From Octopus sinensis (Eukaryota), in the NCBI RefSeq assembly GCF_006345805.1, contig NC_043000.1:86862001-86926000 (forward strand): 64,000 nt of DNA. The letters are read 5' to 3'. A model generated the notes under the pieces. That model was not told the origin of the DNA. It saw only the letters and a program-made list of their open reading frames with translations, and did not search any database. The number at the start of each line of letters is the position of its first letter. The first letter of the stretch is position 1. Below, in pieces: positions 1 to 12,199 of the stretch. The position numbers were made by a program, and so were the translations under genes.

Positions 1-1
1 A

Positions 2-433
2 AGCATCAACAGTGATGGAGACGATGATGATGGTGATGATGAGGATGATGATAATGACGAAGAAGAAGGAAGGGTTGTGGCTGATAATGATAATGTTGAG
101 CATATCACTGCTGTTAATCTTCATCCAGTATCATCTTTTAGAAATATTTCACTGCCGTTAACCAGATCTCAGCCTGTACACAACAACCAAACCGGTCGTT
201 GTCATCAAAACCTTACCAATGCTCAGCCACTTCTAACCAAATTAAAAACATACCGTTTGATGTTACAAAAACAATCATATGAACAGAGCCATCATTACAA
301 TAAAAAGTACTTAAATAGAAACAATAAGTTGGTTGAATATAGCCACCTTGGCAAAAGGCAACGTCATCGTGCTCGCTACCAGTGCCCAAGTGGTCGTATG
401 AATGGTAGAATTGGACAAAGGAGAGCTTTCTAA
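2..433 (+). CDS. Probable terminal coding exon of an unidentified gene (5' part outside window); acidic low-complexity tract
   Basis: Frame 2 is open from base 2 to TAA at 431-433 (SINSDGDDDDGDDEDDDNDEEEGRVVADND...GRIGQRRAF*). It is followed by AT-rich UTR-like sequence. No recognisable domain. Confidence 0.45.
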   Translation, partial: SINSDGDDDDGDDEDDDNDEEEGRVVADNDNVEHITAVNLHPVSSFRNISLPLTRSQPVHNNQTGRCHQNLTNAQPLLTKLKTYRLMLQKQSYEQSHHYNKKYLNRNNKLVEYSHLGKRQRHRARYQCPSGRMNGRIGQRRAF

Positions 434-1068
434 ACATGAATATTTTTTTTAATAATTCTGTCAGTTGAAATGTACGATTGAATTTTTGAGAACTAGATAA
501 ACAAAAATAATGTCTTTATTAATTTAGAGGAGGTAGTGTTTGTACCGTGATGTAGTCTCACTTTGTGAGAGACAGATAAGATAGCATTATTTAGTTTTTA
601 AATATAAATTCATTGATTGATTCTGTGACTTTTTTAAATTTTATTTTTATATCTATACTGCACTGTAACAGAAGGTACAACTGCATAGTTCCTGACACTT
701 TTTTTCTAAAATCTTAATCAAGAGAATTAATCATTATATAGAGAACAATTTAGATAAAGTTTTAGATAAGAAAAATAAAATTATTTAAAAGAAAAAAAAA
801 ATTAAAGAAAAATACTTATTCTGTTTGATTTCTGAGTTCATCAGTAATATATTATATATTATCTTAGTTTTGTAATTACTTTATTATAATGTTTTAAACA
901 AATATAGAAATATTATTCATGGAATAACTAAAACAAAAACAAACAAAAAAATGTTTTAATAAGTAATTATTAACATTCTTTAACAGACATCATTTTAATT
1001 TGAATAACCCAACTGTAAACTTCAAACAGCTTAAATAACAGTATCTTCTTAGAGTCTTTTTCTTTATC

Positions 1069-1070
<2 letters not shown>

Positions 1071-1105
<35 letters not shown>
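1071..1105. repeat. (CT)n microsatellite
   Basis: Direct reading. Confidence 0.95.
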
Positions 1106-1108
<3 letters not shown>

Positions 1109-1409
1109 ACTTCTACTACAACTACTACTACTATAACTCCTAGATGTGTACTTATTTTAATTCATGTGTTTACATGCATGTTTAAAATAACACACATTTC
1201 TGATATGAAAAATTTCATAATTAGAATAAATGTATGTAATTCTTTGAATATTGACACTTCCTGGTATAAGATAAGGAGCCAAAAAAAATCTTTTAACAGA
1301 AGACAGCAGTAAATATAAATAAGAGCCCATTTTGACTGTTAATTTTTTTATTTTCATTTCCTCGCAAACTATATATGTATATATACATACACACACACAT
1401 GTGTAAATA

Positions 1410-1464
<55 letters not shown>

Positions 1465-1499
1465 ATGTGCATATGTATGTAAGTTGTCTAAAAGTCCAT

Positions 1500-1640
1500 A
1501 AGCCAGGAAATAATGGTTACCTCTGATGAGTGCAGGGTTACATAATCGGATTGTTACTTAACACTCCATTGAATCCCTAGCACAAAACCGATTGGTAAGA
1601 TGAGCTGTAATGGATATATAATACTGTACGCTTTGGATAA
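1500..1640 (+). mobile_element. Penelope-like element terminal fragment with degenerate hammerhead motif
   Basis: CTGATGA at 1523-1529, stem GTGC.AGGG/CCCTAGCAC, AAAA in place of GAAA, near-palindromic ACCGATTGGT, then GTA. A second copy lies on the minus strand at 22410-22535. Confidence 0.55.
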
Positions 1641-2639
1641 TATATATATCTATATATAAATTAGGATAAATATTACTTTATATTATTGGTTCCAACATTT
1701 CACCATTCAGGTTGCTTGGAAACTTGCATTGAATGTTTCAAGTGCATGTGGATGCTTAACCAGAACAGATCATCAGGGAACACTTCATTGTATTAAGAAG
1801 ATACATTAGTTCTCTGTAACTTAATGTAATAAAGTGTTTGCTATTGATCTACTCTGGATCACTTGGAATATCCTTATATATACATATATATATATATAAG
1901 GGAAGAGAAAATAGTGCTTGAGTAAAAAAATCAAATTGCAAGTTATAACTAATTTCTTCCTGTTGGTGTTTGAAAATATTCTACTGTTATTTATTGCAAA
2001 TGCATGCAAGCACGCATGCACACACATGAACACACACACATACATATGAAAGAAAGAAAATAAAAAGAAAATAAAAAAAAATTAATAAAAATAATATCTA
2101 AAAAGCCAGAAAAATCAAATAAACAAAAAAAAATTATCTAGATTTTTTTCTCGTTTTTTAAGTTATTACAAATTTTCTAAAAGGTTCTTCTTTTCAATAT
2201 TATAATAATTTTAATGTAAAAGGTACTAGTATAGTTTTAAGCATACTAACACATGAATCTTTGTGCCAAGTATTTGTGAGTTTGTGTTGTTGTTGTTATA
2301 ATTGTCTGACCCTGAATCAGCTCTGATTGAATAGATCAATCATCTAAGCTGTTTCACTTTCGACAGCTCCTGTCATAATATGTCTTGGATTACATTGTCG
2401 AATGTGTCCTTCCTTTTTTAAGATTGTAGTGTTGATTTCAAGGAGATTTAGCTACTGTTTCCAGCAGGTCAAACAACTACATAAATACTCCCTTCTTGGT
2501 GTGTGCATATATGTGTGTGTGTGTGTGTATGTATTTGTCTGTACACGTTGGTGTAAATTAGTAATATTTCTGTCATTAAATGAAAATTACTATGGCATAA
2601 ACATCTCAACACTAACAGTTATCTTAACTATGCAACACT

Positions 2640-2771
2640 TTTATATATATATATACATGTATGTATATATGTATGTATATATATATGTATGTATTTATGT
2701 ATATATAAATATAATGATATATATATAAATATATATAAGTATATATATATGTATGTATATATATGTATATA

Positions 2772-2824
<53 letters not shown>

Positions 2825-2890
2825 TATATATGTATGTATATATATATGTATGTGTATATATGTATATATATATATGTATGTATATATGAT
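2640..2890. repeat. (TA)n/(TATG)n compound microsatellite. Similar tracts at about 1410-1470, 3180-3345, 3495-3580, 9690-9900, 11588-11700, 17800-17992, 18985-19075, 21790-21850, 22320-22380, 24795-24868 and 50115-50172
   Basis: Direct reading. These tracts explain the YIYI-type ORFs in the track. Confidence 0.95.
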
Positions 2891-3513
2891 CATCATCATA
2901 TTCTCCTTGTCTTGACAAGTGCATACTGATTGTAAACAGTCCCAATGATATCATTTGTTTGCAACCCTCCATATAAACATGACCAGGCTGTTTAAAGTTT
3001 GATAGGCTGGAGGATTTATTACCTTGCTTGGAAATAAGTGAGGGTTGCCATCAAGAAGAGAGTCCAGACATAGACAATTCTGCCTCAACGAAGTCTCACG
3101 TGGCCCATGCAAGCATGGAAAAGTAGACATTAAAATGACAACAATGATAATACGCGCACACACACATACATATAAATTTATAAACATATATATACATATA
3201 TCTTCATACATATATGTGTGTATATATATACACACACACATATATATATATATGTATATATATATATGTAGTATATATATATATATATATGTATATATTA
3301 TATATATATATATATTATATATGTGTGTGTGTATATATGTATGTATATGATGACTTAAGTAAGCATTTACTATTTGTTTTTGTTTTTTACCTTTTTATTA
3401 CTTTTTGGTGAGGGATACTTAGGTTGATATATTTACTGATTTAGATAATATTCATGTTTAAAACTTCAGTTCAAAATGAAAATAATAAAACAACAGATAT
3501 ATACATATATATG

Positions 3514-3579
<66 letters not shown>

Positions 3580-5042
3580 GTTTGTGTGTGTATGAATGTA
3601 TATTTTTAAAAATGTATTTTAATACGACTTCATTAATCATTAAAATGTTTTTGTAACATTTTTTTTAGTACATTTTGTTTTAAATTTTGAAAAAAAAAGG
3701 GAAAGAAAATATACTAGAACATGTTCACCTTTCTCCATTTTCTTTGATTATTATTATTTATTTTTTATATATTTTTTATTATTATTGTTAATTTTATATA
3801 TTTAATCATCAGTTGGATGATATTCTAGTTATGTTTATTTAAATTTTTCTAGTTACATTTATTTAAATTTTTCATTTATGTGCATGTATATGTGTGGGTG
3901 TGTAACCATTAACAGATAATTTAAAGCTGAATCTTGAATGAAAAATTTAGAATGAAAATTTAAATTTTCCTTTTGCTCGTATATGTGAGTCAGTGAGTAT
4001 TTGTATGAATAAAGCAGAACCAGAAAATGGATGATGTATAAAAGAAAAAAAAAATTGGAAAAAATTAGCACAAAAACAAATCAAAAAAATTCATTCCTTA
4101 AAAGAAAAACAATAAAAAACAAACTTATGTTGTCATCAATTATTCATTTCGATGATGATGTTTAACAAAATTTCTTTTAAAAAAGTACATCTCATATCAT
4201 ATTTTATAAATATATATAAATATATATATATAAAAACAAAAAATACGACCATTTTTCTTTTGTATTTTTAAGGGAGATTATCCCAGGATTCCTTTTTGTT
4301 CCAATTTTTATTTTTTCTAGTTTATATTTTTTTCTCTAATTCATATTTATTTTTCAAAAACGAAAAAAGTCCATTAAACATAGTAGTTTTCTTAGAAAAA
4401 TAATTATAATTTAGCTAATTATGATTTGCAAAATTTCTTTGATAAATTTGTTCATTATTTTATTTGTATGTATGTTGTTGTTGTTATTATTATTATTATT
4501 ATTATTATCATTATTATTATTATTATTTAATTTTTTCCCCTTTGAATGCATGCATGTCTAAAGTATAAATGTTTCTTTTATTGAATGTCACTGAATGTTG
4601 AAAAAAAATATGAATTATGAACTTCTGAAATGTAATTCAGTAAACAGGTAAAAAAAAAAAAAGATCAAAACAAAACAAATAAAAAAGAGAAATATAAAAT
4701 GAATAAACAAAAAGAAAAAAGAGATAACAAACACAAAAAAAAAGAATGAAAAAAATAGCAAAAATGAAAAATGAACTAAAAATGATATAATTCTTTCTTT
4801 TTTCAATTTCTTGATACATCTTTCATCGAGTTATGTATCATTGTGCCATAATGATTTCAAATTTTAGAACAAGGCTAAGTTGATAACATTGACCCTGGTG
4901 TTTAACTGGTACTTATTTTATCAATCCCAAAAGGATAAAAACAAAGTTAACCTCAGCAGAATTTGAACTCAGAACACAATGAGTCAAAAAAAAAAAAATC
5001 CACTTGTCCAACTCTAATAATTCTGCCAGTTTGCTACCTTAA

Positions 5043-5258
5043 CCCTTTAGTGTTTAAACCGGCCATATCCGGCCAAAGTTTTCTACCTATTTTATGCTCA
5101 AACTGACCATATCAGGGCTCTCACCCTAACCTACATTGACATTCTAAAAATAAAATCATGTCGTTGAAACCTCAAAGCTATAAGATAATGCATGATTAAT
5201 TAAAACAATTTGATTAAAAAAATTATACATTTAACAGAGTAATCTGAACACTAAAGGG
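5043..5258. mobile_element. piggyBac-type MITE (216 bp)
   Basis: TTAA|CCCTTTAGTGTT ... AACACTAAAGGG|TTAA: 12-bp TIR with CCC/GGG ends and TTAA TSD. A degenerate relative lies at about 34010-34255. Confidence 0.8.
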
Positions 5259-7429
5259 TTAATCAATAATAAAAATATTATTTATAATAATAAAATATTA
5301 TTTATACTATAAAATTAATAGTAAAAGTCCAATACCAGCCATTTTGGAGGAAGAAGCAAGTCCAGTGCTTGACTGGTACTTACTCTATTGACCCTGAAAT
5401 GATGAAGAGTTAAGTCAACCTTGGTGTAATTTGAACATAGAACATGAAGGCTGATGAAATACTGCTAAGCATTTTATCCAATTCACAGCCTTAATTAATA
5501 GTTATAATATTAGTTATTGATACTCAATATGAAGGATTATTATAAAGTGGAAAGCTGACAGAATTGTTAGCACACAGAGCAAGGTGCTTAGTGGCATTTT
5601 CTCCATCTTCATGTTCTGAGTTCAAATTCCACCAAGATCTACTTTGTCTTTCATTCTTTCAGGGTCAATAAAATAAGTACCAGTTGAACACTTGGGTTGA
5701 TGCAATTGACTTACCACTCCCCTTACCTTGTGACAAAATTTTAAATCAATATTAAGAATTCTTATTTTTGCAATCTGAGTTTGAATTCTGTCAAGTTTGT
5801 TTTTGCCATTCTTCTTTTCAGGATTGATATAAAAAAAGTACCAGTCAACTTTTGCTGTAAATACAACCAACCACCTCCTCCAAATTTTCTGCTCTTCTGC
5901 CTCAGCAAGTCATTATTATAAGTGTAGTTAATGTAGCAAAGTAGCAGAATAGCTTGAACATCAGAAAAATTGCTTTGGAATATTTCTTCCTGTTCATTGT
6001 ATTCTGAGTTCAAATCCTGCTTCAATCAACATTCCCTTTCATCTCTCCAGGATCAATAAGATATAGTACCAGTCAAATAATGGGGTTGTTGATACCACTC
6101 CTCTCAAAATTACTGGCCTTGTGTCTAAATCAGAAATCATGAATATAGTTAATAACAAAACCAATGAACAACTGGAAAATGCATAATGGTACAGGTATCC
6201 CAAATCCTTGGGATGAAGCATGTTTCAGAATTTAAAATTTTTAGGATTTTGAAAATTGTAGTATAGTATATTCATAAGTAAAATCCTTGATTAAGAGTCA
6301 TGGTTCTAAGGAATAGCCTAGATGGAAACCCCTGACCCCACTACAATTTTGAAAACAAAATTATGATTTGTTAAGAAATTAACTTCTCAACCACATGGTT
6401 ACTAGTTCAGTCCCACTGTGCAGCAATTTCAATAAGTTTCTTCAATTGTAGCCCCAAGCCAACAAAAGCCTGGTGAGTGGATTTAAGAGAGGAAACTATA
6501 AAAAGTCTTTGTATGCATGTGTGTGTGTGTTAGTTTATGCACATTTGTGTCACCTTGTCTTGACATGTAATAGTTATAAATGAGTATCAATGTCATCCAG
6601 TTCCCATATTCTGCAAAATATGAGGAAATATTACTTTATTTCAAAACATGTAAAGGTTGACATTAGGCAGAGCATTTGGCCATAGGAAATCTGCATTCTA
6701 TAAACTCCATCAAGTATGGGAAAGTGGACAGTAAAATAGTGATGATGATGATCTGGATTATGTGACAAAATGTTCTATGACATTTGATATTGCTTTCTTT
6801 GTACATAGGCATTTTAAACTTTGTAATTTTCAAAGTGGAAGAAATTAAAGATGTGTTGTATCTGCCATAATGTTCCTAAATTTTTACAGTCTAAATATGC
6901 AATGTAAATCACTTCAACAGGGAGGATTGGAACTCCACTGTGGCCTTGATGTACAACAATGAATAAAATCAAATATAAATAAATCAATGAGAGAGCCAAT
7001 ACATGGTTCATTACTCTCCTAGAAATATTTACCAAATCTCCTTCAAACCACATCTTTCTGTCTTCAAAAACAAAAGATACATTGGATAATCGTCATTGGT
7101 ATTAACTTGTAATGAGTAGCTAATCTGTAGCAAGTGACTGAGCCTCTTCATCCTGATGGGTGTGAAAGGTGTTGGTGCCTGAGGTGAATGTTCAGGCCAA
7201 GGCAGTATAGAAGAGCTGAGGCATTTATCACAGGAGAGGTTCCGGTGGATGCAGAACCGCTTTGACGTCGCGATAATTGTACTATAGGAATATCCTGTTC
7301 CATGTCTTTTGGAAATAAGTTGTAATGGTTAGTTATAGCTTGAATACTTTTGATCATAATAGGCTGTACTACTCAGGTGATTTTGGGTTAACGACCACAT
7401 ATCTGAGATCAGCAGCAAGAGCTTCGATT

Positions 7430-7660
7430 TACCAAAGACTTAGGAGAATGGAGATTTTGAAAGATAAACAGAGCACCAGAGATATCTTTCGTAGTGTACA
7501 AAAGAAAAGATTATGCTAGTATTAACTATGTGAGAAGTCTGAAAAGTGATGATAATTGGATTAAAAAGTGTTAAATGATGTAAGAGTCTGCAGAAGAGGA
7601 TGGCCAGAAGTAGCTAGTGCTGATCTCAGGAACACGCATATATACATACTTGCTTAAAAG
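7430..7660 (+). mobile_element. Highly degenerate RTE-clade LINE 3' fragment
   Basis: Decayed reading resembling RTE ORF C-terminus (RRL-W-GHV...WIKKC...RGRP...DL). Confidence 0.4.
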
Positions 7661-8479
7661 CTGCCCAATTAGGTGGCTTTTAAGCTAGCTCCTGTGGAGG
7701 GCTCTTCATTAGGCCTTGGGCCCAACAATGACACTTCATGCATTGAGTACATATTAAATTTTATTAAACTTGAACAATATTTTTCAAGCAATGAACAATT
7801 TTCATCAAAACAATGATATAATTTGTCAACTTGGAACTTATTGCAAAGCTGCATGATAAACAACAATACCACTAGCATCGCCACCACATCTACCATACAG
7901 ACACCATTCAGACTTCTGACGCCACCACCATCAATACCTTTGACTTCGCCACCTTGCCCTCCACCACCATCACCACTCTTTCACATTGCTTACTCTCACT
8001 GTCATCCCCAACCACCTTGGCTACCACCACCACTGCCAACATCATCACCACCTCCACTTCTATTACAGCTACAGCTCATACTATTACTATCACCCCATTA
8101 CCATCAGTGTTCAGTATGTTGGTTCGGTCCCTCTTTCTCTTACATACCAACTCTTTCTCTCTTGTTATTACTTCCACTGCCATCATAACACTACTACTTT
8201 TAATAAAACATGGATGACATTGATACTCTGAATTTCTTTGTCTCTCTCTCCCTCTCTTTTTCTTTCCCTCTTTCACTGTCTATCTTCACCACTACCCTCA
8301 CCATCTCTATGTCTACTATTACTCTCATCCCAGCATGAGCAATAGTAGAAGTGTCATTGAACAGTGAGAGATGAGGGTCAAAGTGTGACACACAGAAATT
8401 AGATTTTGCATTTATATTAGATATGCATGCATACATATATCAACTGTAGCAGCAATAGTACCAGTTTTGCTTTCACTTT

Positions 8480-9200
8480 TTCATGATTGCATGGGTTGGA
8501 TAGGTTCTTTCCAACACAGTGTCTCACTATTTGTTGTACTCCTTTGTCATCCATTTGTGAGGTTTGACATCCTGGGATCAGCTTTAATAATTTCTGTCCT
8601 TCTCTTCCTCTTCTACTAGGACTTCCAGGCACTTCTTTGCCCATATGTTATCATCCACATGAATTACATCTCTGTATCAATATTGTCATCTCTCTTGAAC
8701 ACTACAACAGATTCCTCTTATACCCAGTTTATCTCAGCTCATCTTTACCACATCATTCATACATACTAACATTGCACATCCAGAGAAGATTGCTCATTTT
8801 GTTTCTCTCCAACACTTAGGCATTCTCTGCGTTCATTCTCATGTCTCACTACCATACATCTTTGCACTTTGTACACCAGTAACATAAAAATTAAACTTTG
8901 TTTGAAGAAAGAATGCAATTGTTGCCAACAGAAACAAAAACTCATTGAACTTATTCTAATGTCCCTATTTCAGCTACTAGGCTTTCAAGGCATTCTTCTC
9001 CATAGCTAATTAAGATGCCTAGATAAGAGAAGCTATCACCTGCTTCTATTGGAGCCTTTCAAGGATTCAAAGGAATTTATTTTACTACTGCTCTGACTGC
9101 AAACTACTCATGTATATCTGCCACATAAAAAGTGTTTATTCACTGTTAGCCTATCATCCCACTAGGTCCCTTGTGCAACCATGGCTTGCACACTGCATTC
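8480..9200 (-). mobile_element. Highly degenerate RTE-clade LINE 3' fragment
   Basis: Minus-strand remnants resembling IRCSVQERR..WYGHV...WAKKC...GRGRP. Confidence 0.4.
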
Positions 9201-9338
9201 ACTGGAGATATGAGTTGTTTTATATTACTTGAAGAACTATACTTTATATATATATATAAATATATTATATATAAAAAAATTTTCAGAATGAAGTAAAAAA
9301 CCAAGAGTGTGAAGATTTTAAAACCTTTATAAATAGAT

Positions 9339-9469
9339 GGTCTTACAGCTGTTTCCAGGATATTTATTACATCCCTTCATCGGGGACAGTGTGAGAAATA
9401 TTTAAACATTTTCTCACACTGTCTCCGATGAAGGGATATAATAAATATCCTGGAAACAGCTGTAAGACC
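9339..9469. repeat. 60-bp inverted repeat (58/60 identical, 11-nt loop); Penelope-like inverted terminal junction
   Basis: Arms 9339-9398 and 9410-9469 are reverse complements with 2 mismatches. More diverged arms extend to about 9280 and 9530. Confidence 0.9.
9421..9468 (+). ncRNA. Minimal type I hammerhead ribozyme motif (Penelope type), mirrored on the minus strand at about 9340-9387
   Basis: Stem I GTCT/AGAC; core CCGATGA (U4C variant); stem II GGGATAT-aataa-ATATCCT; GAAA; palindromic stem III ACAGCTGT; GUA cleavage triplet at 9462-9464. Confidence 0.65.
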
Positions 9470-9916
9470 TGTTTATAAATGTTCTAAATTCCTCAAAGAT
9501 TTGGTTTTTTATCACATTTTGGAAAAAAATTTTTTTTTATATATACCCATGCTGATATATGATCTATGTTGCACTCCTTATTCGCATAATCACCGAACCT
9601 GGAGCTTAACTATGGTCTATCCATAGCACTTACTCAGCATTACCTGGCACCCTTGGGTCTTACTGACACCATTACCTCTCATAACATCTCTATATTATAT
9701 ATATATATTATATATTTTATATATATATTATATATATTATATATATATTTATATATATACATACATATATATAATATATATACATAAATATATATATATC
9801 TACATATATATATATATTATATAATATGATATATATACATAAATATATATATAAATATAATATATAAGCATATGCATACACATATATAACATATATATAT
9901 ACACACACATAAATAT

Positions 9917-11584
9917 CTAGAAATAACTTAGAAAGGTTTTGGCCATTATTGGCCCAGGCCATGTCTAACTTAATAGCACCACCTGGCGAAGTCTTTCAAT
10001 TCAGGATTTGGGCACCGAGGCCCATTCGAGCAGAGAGTTATTGTTTGCGGAGACATCTGGGTGTGGGTGGTTTGTCCGGGACTGTTTGAAGGAATTTGTC
10101 CAAAGACTTCTTGAATTTTGTGTGGTCAGTTTTTGTTTTGACGTGTCCTGGTGTAATATTGAAGAGAGCGGGTCCAATTGAGGTGAAATAATTGTGCCGT
10201 ATTGTCGTTATGTGATGCGATTTAGATTTTTGTTGTGGACGGATGGCACGTGGTCCAAGCCTTGGATGTTTTTTGGAGGTGATGCCAACATCATTCGGAC
10301 AGTGCTGATGGAATATTTTCCACATCATACAGATAATGTAGTGTTCACGGCGTCGTTGGAGTGAATACAGTTTCAGTTTCTCTAGTCTACCCCAGTAGTC
10401 AAGGTCTGACATGCCATCTATCTTTTTTGTGATTGACATTTGGGGAGCTTCAATTCTCATAATATTTTGTTTTGTGTAGGGAGACCACAGTGGACAGCAG
10501 TATTCAAGGTGGGGTCGGGCAAAAGTGGAGATAATGGTGTGGGAATCTCTCGACTGGAAGGTTCTGAGAATCCAGGAACACATTCTGCGGGCTATATCAA
10601 CTTTGCTGCTTATATGTGTAGCCCAGCTTATGTTGTTGTCCACTGTTACTCCCAAGTCTCTGATGTTGTTAGACGCCATGAGAATTTCTCCAGAAGGAAA
10701 GGAGTATGGGAGTTTCAGAGCATCCTCCCTTCCAAAGTGGATCAGTTTGAATTTGTCTTCGTTTAGCAACATGTTGTTCTTTTCTGCCCATTGGACAACA
10801 GCCAGTAAGTCTGACTGAAGGCTTTTTCGGTCATCCACGCCATTGATGACCTTCTGGAGCTTGGAATCATCAGCAAAGGTTCTGATGTTACTGTGTTTGA
10901 TGGTGTCAGTAATATCATTAATGTAGATGATGAAGAGAAGTGGGCCTAACACAGTGCCTTGTGGGACACCACTGCTGACTTTGGCTGGGCTGGATTTGAC
11001 TCCTTCGACTACAACATGTTGGGTTCTGTTAGACAGGAAGCACTTGATCCACTGCAGCAGCTTTCCAGTGACACCAATATTGGACAGCTTTCTCAAAAGG
11101 ATCTTATGATCAACCCTGTCAAAGGCCTTGCTGAAATCAAGGTAGATGACATCAGTGTTGGAACCCTCTCCCAAGGCTCTCAAAATGTCATCAAAATGAT
11201 GCAGTAGCTGCGTCAGGCAATCTCTTCCATTACGGAATCCATGCTGGTTGGAGTTCAGCATATTAAGACTCTCGAGGAAGTGAGTCATACGCGATCTCAG
11301 CACTCTCTCAAATACCTTAATGATATGTGAGGTGAGTGAGATTGGACAGTAATTCACGGCAAGCGATTTGTTTCCTTTTTTGAAAACTGGGACAACAGAC
11401 TGGGATAGAGTCTTCTGGTATATATCCAGCATCCAGTGAGTTCCGCCACAGATTGGCTAGAGGGGGTGCAAGTTGGTGTTGACACATCTTCAAAACACAA
11501 GCAGGGAACCTATCGGGACCTACTGCTGAATTGTGCTTCATTTCCTTTATTGCTGCTAAGACATCAGGAGCGCCAAAGGTTATA

Positions 11585-11585
<1 letters not shown>
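9917..11585 (-). mobile_element. 5'-truncated CR1-clade LINE with a largely intact reverse transcriptase region
   Basis: ORF 10038-11432 has PVFKKG, PISLTS, QHGFR, YLDFSKAFDRVDH, SGVPQGTVLGPLLF and FADD. Frameshifts near 11415 (upstream KHNSAVGPDRFP frame) and near 10075 (the other frame gives a CR1-like end VSANNNSLLEW). Confidence 0.92.
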
Positions 11586-11641
<56 letters not shown>

Positions 11642-11919
11642 TAAATACATATATAACAATATATATGTATGTGTATATATATATGTATATATACATATAT
11701 TTATATACTCTGTTTTTCTGTTGTAAAAAAATGGTTTGTTCCATGCTTGTTTTTCCGTTTTCATTTCTCGTTGAGTTCTACGTCTAGTTGTGGTGTCCTG
11801 TACTTACATATATATTTATATATGCATGTATATGTACATGTAGATGTAGGTACGTACATATATGTTTGTATGTATGCATATATTTTATTTATTACACGAT
11901 ATATATATATATATGTGGA

Positions 11920-12195
11920 CTGATCTAAGCCATTATTTGGGACCTCCTCTGATATGTGGAATTTGGTAAATGAGGGAGTTTGATGCTGCTGCCCTTATCT
12001 GTGTTTACGGGAGGTAGGCTTGTCTAGAACCCATATCAATTTTGTTTTAAAGACACTTACATCCACACCATTCAGATCTATCAAGCATTTTAGAAGGATA
12101 TTAAAGAGCTGTGGGCTCTTGAAGCCCAAGCTGTTGCTATATCTGGTCCAGTATTTTGATGGTGATGCTGCTACACCCCATGCTTGGAATTGCTT
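11920..12195 (-). mobile_element. CR1-clade LINE extreme 3' fragment (second family)
   Basis: Minus-strand reading resembles FKSPQLFNIL...DLNGVDVSVFKTKL...AAASNSL, a typical CR1 ORF2 end. Confidence 0.6.
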
Positions 12196-12199
12196 TCAA

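Noticed and set aside
2600-3420. Many YIYI/ICIY-type ORFs (also near 9.7, 11.6, 14.3, 17.8, 18.9, 21.7, 24.8 and 50.1 kb)
   Set aside because: Translations of (TA)n/(CA)n microsatellites, which lack stop codons by construction.
7148-7357. Minus-strand ORF with some CpGs, considered as an exon
   Set aside because: No recognisable domain, no convincing splice pair, and it does not fit either gene model. It is probably a TE remnant.
7823-8436. Pro/Thr/His-rich ORFs
   Set aside because: Low-complexity (CAC/CAT/TAC)n sequence.
10440-11207. Plus-strand ORFs of 60-108 aa
   Set aside because: Antisense shadows of the CR1 RT frame.
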